The position numbers and the translations under genes are program-made. A stretch of 64,000 nucleotides of DNA, from positions 12,154,001-12,218,000 of the forward strand of contig CM052817.1 in the NCBI GenBank assembly GCA_028534125.1, written 5' to 3'. The notes under the pieces are model-generated. The model was not told the origin of the DNA, did no database searches, and worked only from the letters and a program-made list of their open reading frames with translations. Source of the stretch: Lama glama (Eukaryota). Shown piece by piece: positions 14,251 through 27,759 of this stretch; position 1 is the first letter of the stretch, and each line of letters begins with the position of its first letter.

Positions 14251-17039
14251 GGCAAATGGCAGCGCCATTAAGATAGTGGATGCGAGGAGGTAGAAATGTT
14301 TCTGTGCAGATCAAAGGATGCAGGAAGGCCTCAGCTATGCTTCTGTGTGTGGCGCTTTCTCATCTAAAAGATGGAGTTTTCTCAGGATATTGTACCTTTT
14401 ATCCTCCTCTCTCACTTGGTGCAACAACCATGTATGTGGTTGTTGCCGCGAATAAAACACAGTGCTTGGCTACAGGAAGAAAACTGACATCAACCAGAAT
14501 GTGATCCAGGCTGTAAGGAGTTTAAAACCCATTCAAGGGAGGACAACAGATAGACAAATCAGCATAACAGAAGGTAACGAGCACCACGCCTTGTGAGAGA
14601 ACACGTGGTGCTTTCAGATTCACAGGAGGATGGGGGTGGGGGGCTGGGGCAGTTCTCCCAACTAGAGGCTGAGAATGGCTATTTCCTGGGTCACCTTCAG
14701 AAGCATGATAATTCAAAAATGCTCTGATTAAAATATATCTTACTTTCTGCAGCCTCCCCCACCTTCTGTATCTTCTGTTGACATGAAGGAGAAGGGGGTT
14801 GGGCAGGGGAGAAAGAGAGGTGGGGAGAGAGAGAGAGAGAATGAGATTTGTTATGGGGTTGAGAAAGGTGGGTTTTGGCCATGAAGAGGTAGAGGGACTC
14901 TACCTTCAAAAATATAGCTAAGGCAACGTGAAAAAGGAAATGTAAGTGAATAATCTTGAATGTTGTGACAAGTGTGTAGACTTCTCTGGCCCATACATAC
15001 GAGATGTAATATATATAGAGAGAAACTCTTCAGTGTGAGAAGCTTAGAAACACATAGAAAGTCAGATTAGTTTTATACTGCAGATGCTCTCTTTTTAACC
15101 TCTCTTAGTTTAGTTTTTGAAAATTCAGCGTGTCTCTTCAATGTCAATAAAGCCAAGGAAAGATTTGTGTTGGGTCAAGAAACAGTGTCTCTTAAGTCTC
15201 CCACTCTGTTTATTTGCCAGGTTTGGGAAAGTCCTGCCCTGGGAGACACAGACCCTCTTTTACTCATTTGGATTCCCCTCACACACATCGCTCCCTCCTG
15301 TACAGTCCTGCATGATTGAAAGTATTCAACAAGGTGTTGATTCAAGAGAGATGAATTGATTGGACTGGATTATCCCATATGGCTGCCATGTGACCTTCAA
15401 GTCACTGTTGAATGCATTTTTGTAGGAAACTCAATTCGTTTGTATAATGTATCAGCTCCCCCTTGTGACTGTCCAGCAGCAGATTTGACAAAGAGGAAAT
15501 AAAGACATATTTTCTTTACCTATTTCCATTTCCTGAGTAGAGTGTTTAGAAGAGAGTCACTGCTCAGAGATATTCATATTCCCATGCAAAAAAAAAGCCG
15601 AGACATTGAAATCAGTGAGACGAGGACCCTCTATGCTGTGACTCCAACATGTTCTTGCCCATTTGATACATTCTGTAAAGACCTCTTATCATTCTTAGTG
15701 GAGTGAGTGCTCTACCAACCTGCAGACACTAAATGTATAATGCAGCTCAGAGTAAGGCAGGTGAGCTCAGATAAATATTATCTCAACAATATGATGACGT
15801 GCCAGACAGTTCCCAGTGCTACTATCTTCTATAGCCCATTAGTGCTATCTCAAGACATTTTCTCTAAACATCAAAAATAAAAACAACAGAGAAGCCGTTC
15901 AAATCGTCAGCTCTTATGCTGTTTCCCTATCATCTGACTACATCTTTTAAATCATCCATCTCATCTTACCAGACCTTAATCCTTTCTATTTTGTTAAATA
16001 ACTATAGCTAATTTTGCAGTCTGTGAATCGTTTTTGTGTGCCTTTTCTCATGCCTTTTCTCGTTTGCCTCTCATTTGTAGCCCGGGAGATCCATGCTCCC
16101 CTTTGGGTCAGGCAAGGGCTGTGGAAGCGGGACTCAGGGAAGTTCATTTTCAACCAGGAAATGGTGGAACTGAACTTGAGTCCCAGCTTTGAGACCTGAT
16201 TTTGTGACTCTGGGTCGAGCCTTTTTTGTTCACACAAGTGTTCTCAAAGAGTTTAGAGCTGTCTGCTACCATTCACATGACGGTCAGCCACACTTTTGTA
16301 AAGTGCACAATCTGGTACCCATATCAGCCTTATTAAAGCAGACCTCTGGCTTCTGGTACTGTCTCTCTAACCCTTTAGTTTTCTACACATGTTTCTTCTT
16401 TATGCACATTTTCATGTCTTTCACTTTCTTTTAAAATCCTTAAACTAAGTTTAGTGCCATTATTAAATATTCATCCATATAACTATGGTATAAGTATTTA
16501 CTGAACTCCTACAAAGCACCACACAGAGCCCCAAGATCCAGCGACAGATGAGTAAGTTATAATAGTTGACATCCTAGCTTGCATTGTCACTAAGGAAGTC
16601 AGCCATCAGGCTGATCAGTCGTACTATTGGCTTTGGACATGCAGGGGGCATTCAAATTGAGATGAATGATTTCAATCCTTTTAAAACAGTCTCTTAAAAG
16701 AGAGAGTAAAGAGAACAAAAGGAAACCACTGGTATTCATAACCCAGTGAGGAGTGCGAGGAAGACCTCAGGTAGTCCTGGCACAACGCGTAGGGAGGCTT
16801 AAGAGGAAAGATGACAGGTCCAAAATCCACTTAAAATCATCTCACTGTGCATCCAACTACCCAGCCCACCCCTTTCAGCCCCCACTGGTTCCCTTTGAAA
16901 GGAACTCCTGGCATAAGCAGGTGAGGGAATTTGTAACAGAGCATGATCAAAAGCAAATTGGGTAAGCGAGGGAAAGCAATTACACAGGGAGATCATTAAT
17001 TGGACGGCTTATCTCTTCAGTGAGTTTGGAATGTGTAAG

Positions 17040-17860
17040 CCGCGCCGTTGTGAATTGAATTTCATGCACTCCTATTGTTTGCGAAGTGCTGGCTGTGTGT
17101 GGGAGGCACCGGGTGACTTGCCAAAAGCGTTGTAAGAACACCAGCAATCAAAAAGCCACTGGGCTCTAAAAAAGCCCCGAACTGAGTGAAGGTACAAAGG
17201 CATGAAGGTGAAGTGAACTGGGGCTTTTTACTGAAACAGAGCTTGACGCTGCGGAAGTCCAAGCAGCGACGCAGGGCGGAGAAGGGGCGGGCGGGGCGGG
17301 AGGAGGGGCAAAGGTCGTGCTGTGACCCCGTTTCGGCCATCAAATTTAGGCTCCTGCTGGGACGAAGTCTACCTGCACCTGAGGTTGAGACCCCTGGAAT
17401 TCATACAGCTTATGAAGAAGGGCCTGTTAGGACTCATTTTCACGTATCTCGAGGGGAGGTAAGAAGTCATCTTAAACCATTCGTGTACCTGACGGGACAC
17501 AAAGGGACGCGAGGAAGCAGGCACGCGCTTCCTCTGACACTGCCGTCCCGTCCCGTCGTCTCCCGCACGCGGACCTGCGCAGACACCGGAGCCCTTGGCA
17601 CCCCTCCAGCAAGTCCTGCCGCCTCCAAGCTCCGTCTCCGTCGCCTGGATTTCTTCCCCCGCCTAATTCACTCGGGCTCGACTTTCAAATCCCAGCCCTG
17701 ACGTTCACTTCTCTTTGAAATGAGCGCAGGTTAGGGAGACTCGAGGATTGGGAATCCCTCTTCACACTTTAGAACTTCTCAAATGTCAGTTCTTTAGGGC
17801 TACCTTTTCCAGTCCTCGAGTTAAATAGTCTTGCAGCCCCTCGCCTTCGAAACATCGATT
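17040..17860. promoter_or_regulatory. CpG island, candidate promoter or enhancer
   Basis: About 50 CpG by hand count (about 37 within 17221-17720) against a CpG-poor background. Tandem GC boxes at 17284-17301. No repeat similarity recognised. Confidence 0.7.
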
Positions 17861-17864
17861 ATTT

Positions 17865-17866
<2 letters not shown>

Positions 17867-17896
<30 letters not shown>
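17867..17896. repeat. (TC)15 microsatellite
   Basis: Seen directly. Confidence 0.97.
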
Positions 17897-17899
<3 letters not shown>

Positions 17900-18130
17900 T
17901 GTAATCTCAGTGAGGTCAGGGCTGCATTTGTACTGCTCTCTGGGGTCTTACTGCTTCCCAAAAGGGGGCCTGGCATAAATGAGGCCCAGACAACTATGTG
18001 TTGCCTTTATTCTTTCTTCTCAGCGGAATGTGAAATCCTGGAGGCCAAGGACCTTGTCTTTGATTTGTCTTCCTATGTCACAACAAAACACCTGGGGCAT
18101 AGCAGGTATTAAGCAAACGTGTGTTAAAAG
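17897..18130 (+). mobile_element. Two adjacent L2 3'-end fragments
   Basis: actgtaatctcagtgaggtcagggc...cctggcataaatgagg and gaatgtgaaatcctggaggccaaggaccttgtc...catagcaggtattaagcaaacgtgtgtt both resemble the L2 tail. Confidence 0.6.
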
Positions 18131-18159
18131 CATAAAACTTAAAAGAAAATAACCTAGAG

Positions 18160-18389
18160 CAGCACTTCTCAATCTAGGCACCACTGGCATTTTGGGTCAT
18201 ATGATTCTTTGTTGCAGAGGGCCATCCAATAAGATGTTTAGTGGTGTCCCTGGCCTCTACCCACCAGATGCCAGTAGCATCACTACAGTTGTGAAAACCA
18301 AAATTGTCTCCAGACATTGCTAAAAATTTCCAGGGTGGGTGGGACAGGGGGCAGCAGTGTGCAAAATCACCCCAAGCTGAGAATCACTG
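18160..18389 (-). mobile_element. MER20 (hAT-Charlie MITE), full length with target-site duplication
   Basis: Matches the MER20 consensus in antisense. TIRs cagcacttctca / tgagaatcactg. 8-bp TSD acctagag (18152-18159) / atctagag (18390-18397). Confidence 0.92.
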
Positions 18390-20607
18390 ATCTAGAGTAC
18401 ACATTTCTAAACCACTCAAACTGTAAACATGAGCTGCCAGCTTTCACAAAAGAAAAGTGATCCAGGAGCGATGGATAACAATTATAAACCTTATTTAGGA
18501 TTATTTGAAGATTCATTTAATTTATGCAAGGTATCATCCAAAGCTTCTTGGCGGATCAACTTTTATGTAGGCAGATAAAGGAGTCAATAAATATTCCGAG
18601 AATATTCCTAGAAGAATTAAATCAGATAATGCACACAGAAGTATCTTAGATCAGTGTTCATAGTTAGCACTTCAGTTATTTTCTTTCCTTGATCTAATCA
18701 AATCATTTGGTATAAAACAGTCACAGCTAAGAATGATAAATTAGGAATGATTTAGTCAAATGAAAACACACACACACACATAAACACATGCACAAACTAT
18801 TTAGTTAAGTTTTTTTTAAGGCAAAACATTTTGATCAGTTGATTGACTGAGTTCTTTGTTAGGGGACCAGTGTGTTGACACAAAGAGTTGGTTAGTTTCT
18901 TTCCTGCTGGGGAACACTAAATTACATCCCACCAACTTATGTCCCCTGGAGTGACTCACACAGTGGTTGACTTTAGAGTTCACCAAAGGTGAGGGTTTTG
19001 GTTATATGAGGTCAGATTTTCTCCATGAAGCAGGACAAACAAAAATTCATAATACCAGATTTCTTGATATGTAATTTCTAAAAGTAGAAGGCTACTGATT
19101 TTTCCCTCCCTCAACTCGTTCCTGGAAAGAAAGTATAGGAATTATCCCCAGAGGTGCTGGTTGATGCAGAGTTACTGGGAAAGTAGATTTTTCCTTTCAT
19201 ACCCAGGGGAATTCATGGCTGGCTGGGTAGTAAATTCAGTCTCGGTGTTTTAGCTCACAAATAAAGAAGTAATCAGAGAAGCTCTGCATGTGTATTGGCT
19301 GAAACAGAAAATGGACAATGAGCAACAGGAGTTTTTAAGACAACACATCCTGCTGGAAAAATGTGATTGCTATTTTGGAAAGAATTGCAAAATTGGAAGG
19401 TACAGGGAAGTGTCGATGTCATGCACTTTAAATTGAGGTAAATGTTAGAGACAACGATTTATGAAATGAGATTTGAAAGAACAAACAGTCTAGTTAGATT
19501 GCAGTGTGGCTGCAAACCCGGGAGGGAGTGTGAGGGTGTTGCTGGGCAGGGGAGGGAGGTTTGTAGGTACGTCTGCAGAAAACCTAGGATTATTATTGCT
19601 GCAGTTTAGTGAGCTTTATTTCTATATTTGGGCTTTGACTAAAATTATTTGCTGGGCTACAGCTGCCCTAAGTGAAATACTTCATGTGGTACACAGAAAT
19701 TCCTCAGTGCTTTCTGTTTCCTGTGATTTATGCACTGAAAATTTTTTTCATGATTCTAAATTAAAACCTAAACAGAACATCAGTTTCATACATCTTGCCT
19801 ATTTTTCCAGCTTAAGATTCCTTTCCTGTAAGACACATGCTTACAAATATGTTTTTAGGTAGCTACGTGATTCTAGGAGAGTCCTAATCACTCTGGCCTC
19901 AGTTTCCATATTTGGAGAAGGATGGATTTGTTGTCTTCAACAAAGTATGACTTCTTCTACTTGATTCCCTTCTGCTTGGAATCCAAAACCATTGTCGTTT
20001 GCCTTCTTCAGGCTAAGATGAATTCAGACTTTAACAAAATGAGTGGGCTTCCTTGGGTCACCCCAATCTGATTATGACTTGGAATTTAATGAAAGGGCAT
20101 AGACTCCTATTTTATGAGTGAGAAATGTTAGAGATCAATTTCCATCCACAGTTAGAAACCTATGAATCAACATCAGGGTTGTAAACAGGAACAAACAGGC
20201 TAGGAAACTGAGGGAAGCAATGAAGGAGATGTCTATTACTTATTGGCTCTGTGACTTTGGACAGCTTACTCCTGGTCTTCAGCTCCTTTTTCTGTGAAAT
20301 GGAGTTTGCCATTTCTTCTCTGAAAATGTTCTAGAAAGATTTAAGCGTCTGTTCACAGTGGCCTCAGACTGAGACGAAGAAGAGGAGACTATGAGAAGAT
20401 TCATAGTGGAAAATGAGGATCAGAGTCATTCTTCTTCTGTGTCATGAAATCTCTCAAAGATTTATTTCATCACATTTAGTCTGGCCCACTGGCCAGGCAG
20501 CTAACGTGTGGGTAAACCAATGTCATCGTGATGCGTTGCAGTGCTCCCTCTGTAACGTGACTATTGCATTATACACAAACTAATCACTGCTGGTCTCCTT
20601 ACGTGAT

Positions 20608-20996
20608 TGTATTAGTCTGCTCAAGCTGCCATAACAAAACGCCAGATTAGATGGCTTAAACAACAGAAATTTATTTCAGCACAGCTCTAGAGGCTGGAAG
20701 TTCAAGATCAAGGTGCCAGCAAAGCTGGCTCCTGGTGAAGCTGCTCTCCTTGGGATGTAGATGGTTCCTTCTTGCTGTTGCTTCATGTAGCCTCTCCTCT
20801 GAGCATGCACACGGAGAGAGCTCTCTGGGTCTTCCTCTTCTTATAAGGGTACCATTTCTATCAGATTAGGACCTCACATTTTGACTTCATTTAACCTTAA
20901 TTACTTCCCAAAAGGCCTTACCTCTAAATACAGGTTAAAGCCTAACATAGGAATTTTGGTTGGGTTAGTGGGGAGTGAAAAATTCAGCCCATAACA
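20608..20996 (-). mobile_element. MaLR solo LTR (MLT1A/B-like)
   Basis: tgtattagtc...gctgccataacaaa...ggcttaaacaacagaaatttatt...gaggctggaagttcaagatcaaggtgccagca...cagcccataaca, with TG...CA termini. Confidence 0.9.
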
Positions 20997-22309
20997 TAAA
21001 CTATCTATTCAGTCTCCTTGGTACCTATGGGCTCTGTGGGAGGAATGCTTAAGGAAAGGTAGAGTAGCAGGAGTTTCTTGAAAGAGTTGTTTGTAGATGC
21101 CATGTTTGGGAGCTTTATTATTTTTGGTGATTCCCCTTTTATGAATCCATCTATCAAGAGTGATACATACATCAGAAATTCCCAACCAACCATGTGGAGA
21201 CAGCACTGGGCTTTGGGTTATACATCTTAATTTTGATACTATTCACTCTGTAGCATTGGATCTTACTGAGGCTCAGTTTTCCCCTCCACAAATAGGAACA
21301 ATAAGGTACTATCCCAGTTTGAATACAGATAAACTACTATTGAATTAGCTACTTACCACTCGCATTGGCCCTATGTCTTTCTGTTACTCTTTATTTTTTC
21401 TAATATTCCTTTCCTTATGTCAAGATCAGCCTCTGGTCCAAAGCTTCCATGAAGGCTTCCATGGGATCCTCAAATATTCTCTCCCATTAGTAATCCAACA
21501 AAGTTTCCATGGTGCCTCAAATTAATGGCTTGTCCTGGAATTCTTCACGAAAATCCCCACCATGTTTTGAGAGCTGAGTCTCTATAACTTAAAATTTTAT
21601 TCCTATTATTTTCTTTCTCTGCACATTTTATAAGAGCAATTACTGTTTCTTAAATTAAACTGACTGAATCTTGTTAAAAGAACAAGTGTTATAGAAAGAA
21701 GCAGAAACCATCCCCAGAAAGCCTTCAAAGATACCCTTCGCTGATTTTTGTGCCTTGTCACTGCGGCATCCGTCATGAAACCCAACACACACTTCTCTAA
21801 TCACTCGTTTACTTATATTTCTCTCCACTCTATTCTGAGATCGTAGAGGGCAGGGACTCTACCTGATTCTTCTCCTGTCCTTAGTGGTGTTAACGCTGCC
21901 TATTAGATCACAGGTTTTCAGTACATTGAGTGGAAAAGGTAAACAACCGAAAGTCAGGGATTTAACTCAACTACTATATTTTTCCAGCAGTTCAATATTT
22001 ATTCTACCAGGACCTTACACCAGAGGCTAGTGTCTCTTCACTGGTTAAACCTTTACAGAGTATCTACAGTGTGTTAGGGTCTGTAAGAGGCAATGTGAAT
22101 TTACAGAGATGACAGATCCAGTTTCTAACTTCGATAATTCAGTCCCGTAGAAGAGATGCCACAGTGGACAGAAAATTACACCACAGTGTGAGAAGCTCTG
22201 TGACAGAAGCAAGTGCAGAGGCTTCAGCGCCCGGAGGAAGCCCAACTGTGCCAGGCACTTGCCTCTCTTCTTCCTCATACACACCAGCTTCTCTTCCACC
22301 ACAAGGTCT

Positions 22310-22665
22310 CCACGCACACTCTACAATCTGCCTAGAACATGCTTTTCCCTTCTGTCCATACAATGGGCTCCTATTAATTATTTTTCAGTTTCAGTGTCCC
22401 CTCAAAAGAAGTCAGCCTCCCTTATTATTATTATTTTTTACATTACCTTTGGCTCGTTTATAACATTTGTGAAATTCCTCATTGGAATTATGTAAGTGGC
22501 TTATTTGCTTGTGTGGTGTCTCTCTTCTCCCTTAGACTGTGCACTCTGTGAGGGGAGAAACTATATCTTTTGTTCAGTACTATTCAAGGCACAGAGAACA
22601 CAGTCCCTGGAATAATGTAAGAGCTCAGTAAACATCAGATGACTGAACAAATGCAAGAATGAATG
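22310..22665 (+). mobile_element. L2 3' end
   Basis: tagactgtgcactctgtgagggg...gagctcagtaaacat...gaatgaatga tail. Confidence 0.75.
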
Positions 22666-24438
22666 AGCAGAGAATGGCCAGCTCCAGGGGAACCTGCAAG
22701 CAGAAGGCACAAGCACAGCCAGCCAGTAATGTTTGTTTAGGATTACTCCACGATTGAACGCGTTTTGGTCTTCCCCTCTGCACAGTGTTATAAGCAAATA
22801 TAAGCATTTGGCAGATGAGAAAATTTAAAATACAGAGCTAAGTCCCTCTTCCAGAGATAAGCAAGTAATACACAGTGGAATAAATGCTCATAGTCAGGTT
22901 TATTTTGAACCCAAATTCTCTACTTTTCCACGAATTATGACAGTACCTCAAGCAACTGCAGGAATTGCTGCTCTGACCATTCATTTCCTTCTGGGAAAGC
23001 AAATAGTTTAGTACTCTAGAGTATTTTACAAACACAATATACCCAGGATTCAGAGATGGATAAAGGAATTTTGATCGTTTCTTTATAAATCCTATAGATG
23101 CCTTAATTTCTGCCTCTGGAATCTCTCCTCTTATGTTACTGTTCACGATATTTCATCTTACATTACCTTTTGGTCCTGTTGTCATCTAGGTAAGGAATAT
23201 TAAATTTATCATAACATCTTGCATCTCCATGCACTTTGCATACTTTGCAGCAATTGCTTTGTTCACCGTTAATTCTTTGCTTCACCAGAGTTAATTCTTT
23301 TATTAACAACTGCAGGTTTTCAATGCTCTGTCTCGCCGACGTTTCCTAATTTCTTCTTCCCATTCCCTTTATGTATTATTGAATTCTCCAAGTGAATTAT
23401 TTAACTCTGCATAGCATTTTGGGATGTGATTTGCATGAAACACGTTGTACAAAATAAAAGCATATCATATTAAAATGTCTATAATAACTTGAAGGAAAAG
23501 CCCCCAGGGAATGCATTTGCTATATATAATGGCTGTGGGGAAATTTTGAGCTCTAATGTGACAGCAACATGAAACAAACAAAAAAGTGACATAGTTCGAC
23601 GTGGAGATGTGACTTGCATTTAAGCTGATAAAATGTGTTTATGTGCCAGCTAGGCTTTTTTGGTTTTGTTTTAAACTTTCTTTTTCTCTCTGACTTTAAA
23701 AGCAATTAAAACAGAAAAAAAAAGGAATTTTCCCCTTAATTAATCCCTACAAGAATTTTGTGGAGTGAGTAGTATTATCTCCATTTTTTATAGATAAATC
23801 AAAGATTTACCTGTAACAGAAAGTCAAAGATGTTAGTTGACTTAAAGGTCTTTCCAATTCCAAAGTTTCTGGCTTTTCTCTAGATTCTTGCTTATTTAAA
23901 GAATATGTGACAATGGACATAGTGCAACTGAGTGGATTGAACTCTGCACTTAACGGCCTTTGTCGTAGAGCGGAGTAAAAGTTGTGTTGGGGATTTTAAG
24001 GGAACAGACTCGTTGGTAAGTCAGAGTGCTTTCTTCTAGAACATTCCTCTGTAACTTGAGCCTGGGAGTCAGGGCTTTCTAACTATTCCATCTCTCAAGT
24101 GCTAGCAACTGCACCTGTTGCCCAACGGCTTACATTCAGACATCTCTGCTCCACCATAAAAGCCCTTGGTAATCTAGATCCACCTCTGACTCCAACCAAA
24201 TTCCCGTTATTTTCTCATTTTTCTCTAGTCAGAGGACTTATCACTGTCTTTGAAACACTTCTTTCAATCACACTTATATGTATTTCTAGATGATGAAATG
24301 AATTAGTGATTATTTCTTACCCCATTTTCTCAGAGAAGATGGGGATGGGGAGAAAAAGGTCTTATCCAGCAAAGCTGATGTTATTCTTCTGGAGGGAAAA
24401 AAAAAAAGATAACTTTGATGGCAAATGTTGATTGTCGT

Positions 24439-24801
24439 GGTCTTAGTCAGATCAGGCTACTGTAACAAAATACTGCAAACCGGTGACTTAACAACCTAGT
24501 TATTTCTCGCAGTTCTAGAGGCTGGAAGTTCAAGGTGAAGGCACCAACAGATTCGATGCCTGGCGAGGGTCCACTTCTTAAATGACCGTCTTCCTGCTGT
24601 GTCCTCAGCATAGCGGGTGAGAAGGAGCAGACTCTCCTGTGACTCTTACAAGGGCACTAATCCCACTCATGAGGGCTCTACTCTCATGACCACATCTGAT
24701 CCTAATTCCTTTCCAGAAGACCCCCCTCCTAATACCATCTCACTAGAGATAGGGTTTCAAGATACAAATTTTAGGGGAGCACAAGCATTCAGTTTGTAGC
24801 A
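24439..24801 (-). mobile_element. MaLR solo LTR (MLT1A0-like)
   Basis: gtcttagtc...gttctagaggctggaagttcaagg...aagggcactaatcccactcatgagggctctactctcatgacc...attcagtttgtagca. Confidence 0.9.
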
Positions 24802-25171
24802 GTGTTTCATTGCCTCTAAGCCACAGAATAAATCTCAACTGATAGAAGAAGTGCTCTTTCATCAATGTGTGATTGAACTGTGCTGGAGGGAAATTCACAG
24901 AGTTTGCTAATCTCATGGGAGATATAGTCAGCAGATTTGGGGAGGCTCATATTCAGACCAGTTCATGTTGTTAGAACACATTCCTTCTCCAGAAACTGAG
25001 ATATGAATTGCACAAGCCCAGGCTCTGGTAATGTTTGAATTTGCAAACCTAGAAGCACTAAGGGATGAAGTCTCCTCCTACGGGGAGAGAGGAAGTTGAA
25101 TATGAGAGAGAGGGGCTTCCCTGATCTGAAAAATTTGAACTGAATTTTAAAGAGACATATATGAAATTGAG

Positions 25172-25341
25172 TGGTGGTGGCAGAGGTGGTGGTGGTGGTG
25201 ATCTTGAGTGAGAGATGAGTGGAAGGGGTGTCCTTGAAGGACAAACCTTTGGCAAAGGCATATGTGAAATAAGCCGTAACACCAACACAGACACAGACAC
25301 AGATACAGATAGTTACACACACACACACACACACACGCACA
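25172..25341. repeat. Simple-repeat cluster: imperfect (GGT)n at 25172-25200, (CACAGA)n and (CA)n at about 25286-25341
   Basis: Seen directly. Confidence 0.85.
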
Positions 25342-26571
25342 GATAGATTTGTTTGGTTCCTTGTGAATCTGTTCCCACAAAGAATTCGCACATATGCATC
25401 TTAGACCAGAGTGACTCTGGATGGCCTGTGGAGGGTCAAATATGAACTAATATAAGGAGATATAACCTTTAACCCAGGTGGCCCACGGAAGACACCAGGA
25501 ACTACAGAGGGCAAAGTTGACTGTGAAACCATTCTATATAATTTCATAATATAATTAGACATCGCTGTTTGAGGACTAAAATGTGCCACATAAATTACAT
25601 TAGCTTTCAAAGCCTATGTGAAATGACAGTTTTTCTTGAAGTAATTCTAATTCTCTCTAGTCAAGAATGAGTATTTTGGAATTTTTAACCACTGTGATCA
25701 TTTACATAAGATTCATTGAATTTGTGCTCAGTGACAAGAAATGGGTGAGACTTTAAATACGCCGAAATGTGTAGGCTGACATGATTACATGCATCAGGAT
25801 TCCACGTAGAAGGATGACCATTCTAAGCCTGGAGGTAAAAGCCCCCTTTTTGAATAGGCATCTCAATTTCTAGACTAGATTTTTAGCATTTGGTGCACCA
25901 CATGACCCGCATTTGCTGAATGTAATGCAAAGTGATCTCTTTTTCAAAAATTACACTCTACTCTTTAAGGAATAATTTTATACAACTAATTTGCCCAGTC
26001 CATGGGGAAACTGAGTACCATCAGGAATTAATCTTGCTTTGCCTACCTTGGTCCTGGCTGTTGACATTCAAATGCTACTATAAAAATAGTGTAGATATTC
26101 GTTTGTTCTGTTCTTAAGAAACTTTATATTGTACAAATTGCTTTGTAAAATTTTTAAAATATTGTACAAATTGCTTTGTGAAAGCATTTTTTTTAATATG
26201 GAAGAATTGGTGTGAGGTTTAGATTCCCATTAAAAAAAATCCAACCATACTGCAGAGATTTCAATTTAAAATTTTTAAAATATAATGTAAATGCTTAGCT
26301 ATAAAATCTTAAGATGACAAAAAAAATTCAGAATTTGGTTTCATCTTGATCTTGACAAATATTAATGATTTCACAATATTTATAATCACTAGCATCATTG
26401 TATGCACATTACTATTATACAGTCATATAATTCTTAATATTTATCTCCTATTATTACTATATACAATGCAGAAAGCCACTGGAACCATTGGTCATGAAGA
26501 ATAACTTCTTCTTTATGATCATGTCACCAGTCTGTGATCATTATCAGCATGATACAATGCACTTTCTCAAA

Positions 26572-26800
26572 AATAATGACAGCTAACATTTATTAAACTC
26601 TTAACTCTTTTCCAGATAACTCGTAAGTACCTTTATGTAAAATATTTTATTTACTGTTACACTAGCCCTGTGAGATTGGTACTGATTTTAATTCCACATT
26701 AGTAAAGATAAAGTGGCTTCCAGGTTGGTAAATAACTGCACTGGGATTTGAGCCCTGGTAATGGTGTTTCCATAGCTCGTGGTCTTAACCAATCCACCTC
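26572..26800 (-). mobile_element. MIR SINE
   Basis: aataatgacagctaacatttatt tail and ctgggatttgagccctgg B-box region in antisense. Confidence 0.7.
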
Positions 26801-27759
26801 AATAGTGCTCCTCATTAATCCAATGGCATTTTGAAAATGAAAGATGTAGCAATACTTTACTATCAAGACAATGGAGGTTGTAAGGGGAAATGAGTAAAAT
26901 GAGTATATGTTGCTATATAATAAGTTTGGACATAGTATATATAAAATAAATATATATGTTAATGGAGTTCTGTTACAAACTTCCAATGACTTAATACTCA
27001 ACTATTTACCATTTTGACCAGCCATGTCTTTCATGGCTTAAATTACCTTTCTCCACTAAGTCTGATGCTCTTTTTCAATTTATTTCATAATTTCTGTGCT
27101 GTGTCATATACTTGTTGTTTTGGTACTCTTTTTACCATCAGCAGAAAAAAATACTTCTTGTTCATGAACTAGACTAAATTGTTTTCTTTAAATAGTATTT
27201 CTTTTTATTAGTTGATGGCTGTTTTCTAAGAAGGACTTTGCTTTGTAATAATAGGTCATGCACAGTACTGGTGGGTTGCCTGCATTATTGGTTAATGAAC
27301 ACAAGCATATGTTGTAATTTCTTTTCTCAGCTGAGTGCTCAAGGCTAGAATTCTCTATGTTGATGTCAGACATTTGTATATTTATTGTCAATGACTATGG
27401 AAGGGGGCTTTTTAAACTTTTATTTAAAAAGATACAAACACTTTCAATTTGTACTCTCAGCTAAAAATGGACTTTCCCATAAGTTAGCACCATGACATAG
27501 CCTATGCAAAAAAATTTAATGTCATCTCACTCTCTCAGTCTCTCACAGTTGTACCTCAACCTATGACAGTTTAATGTGTGTCCGATATTATGTAGACTAT
27601 TGTTCAACTTACCGTGCAGTGGATGAGTGTAAGATCTCTGTAATCACACTATGGTCCAGCTAGGCTGCTTTACTGCAAATAAGCTACATAACATCTTTAA
27701 AACCCAGTTTACTAACCTGATGTGACTTGGACGTAACTCACAGAACAGTACCTGCAGCA

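Noticed and set aside
17186..17701. 171-aa ORF in the CpG island
   Set aside because: It has a GTG start, an Arg/Pro/Gly-rich composition and no recognisable domain; long stop-free frames are expected in GC-rich DNA.
24963..25391. 142-aa ORF with Cys/Val and Thr runs (His-rich in another frame)
   Set aside because: It is the translation of (CA)n and (GGT)n microsatellites.
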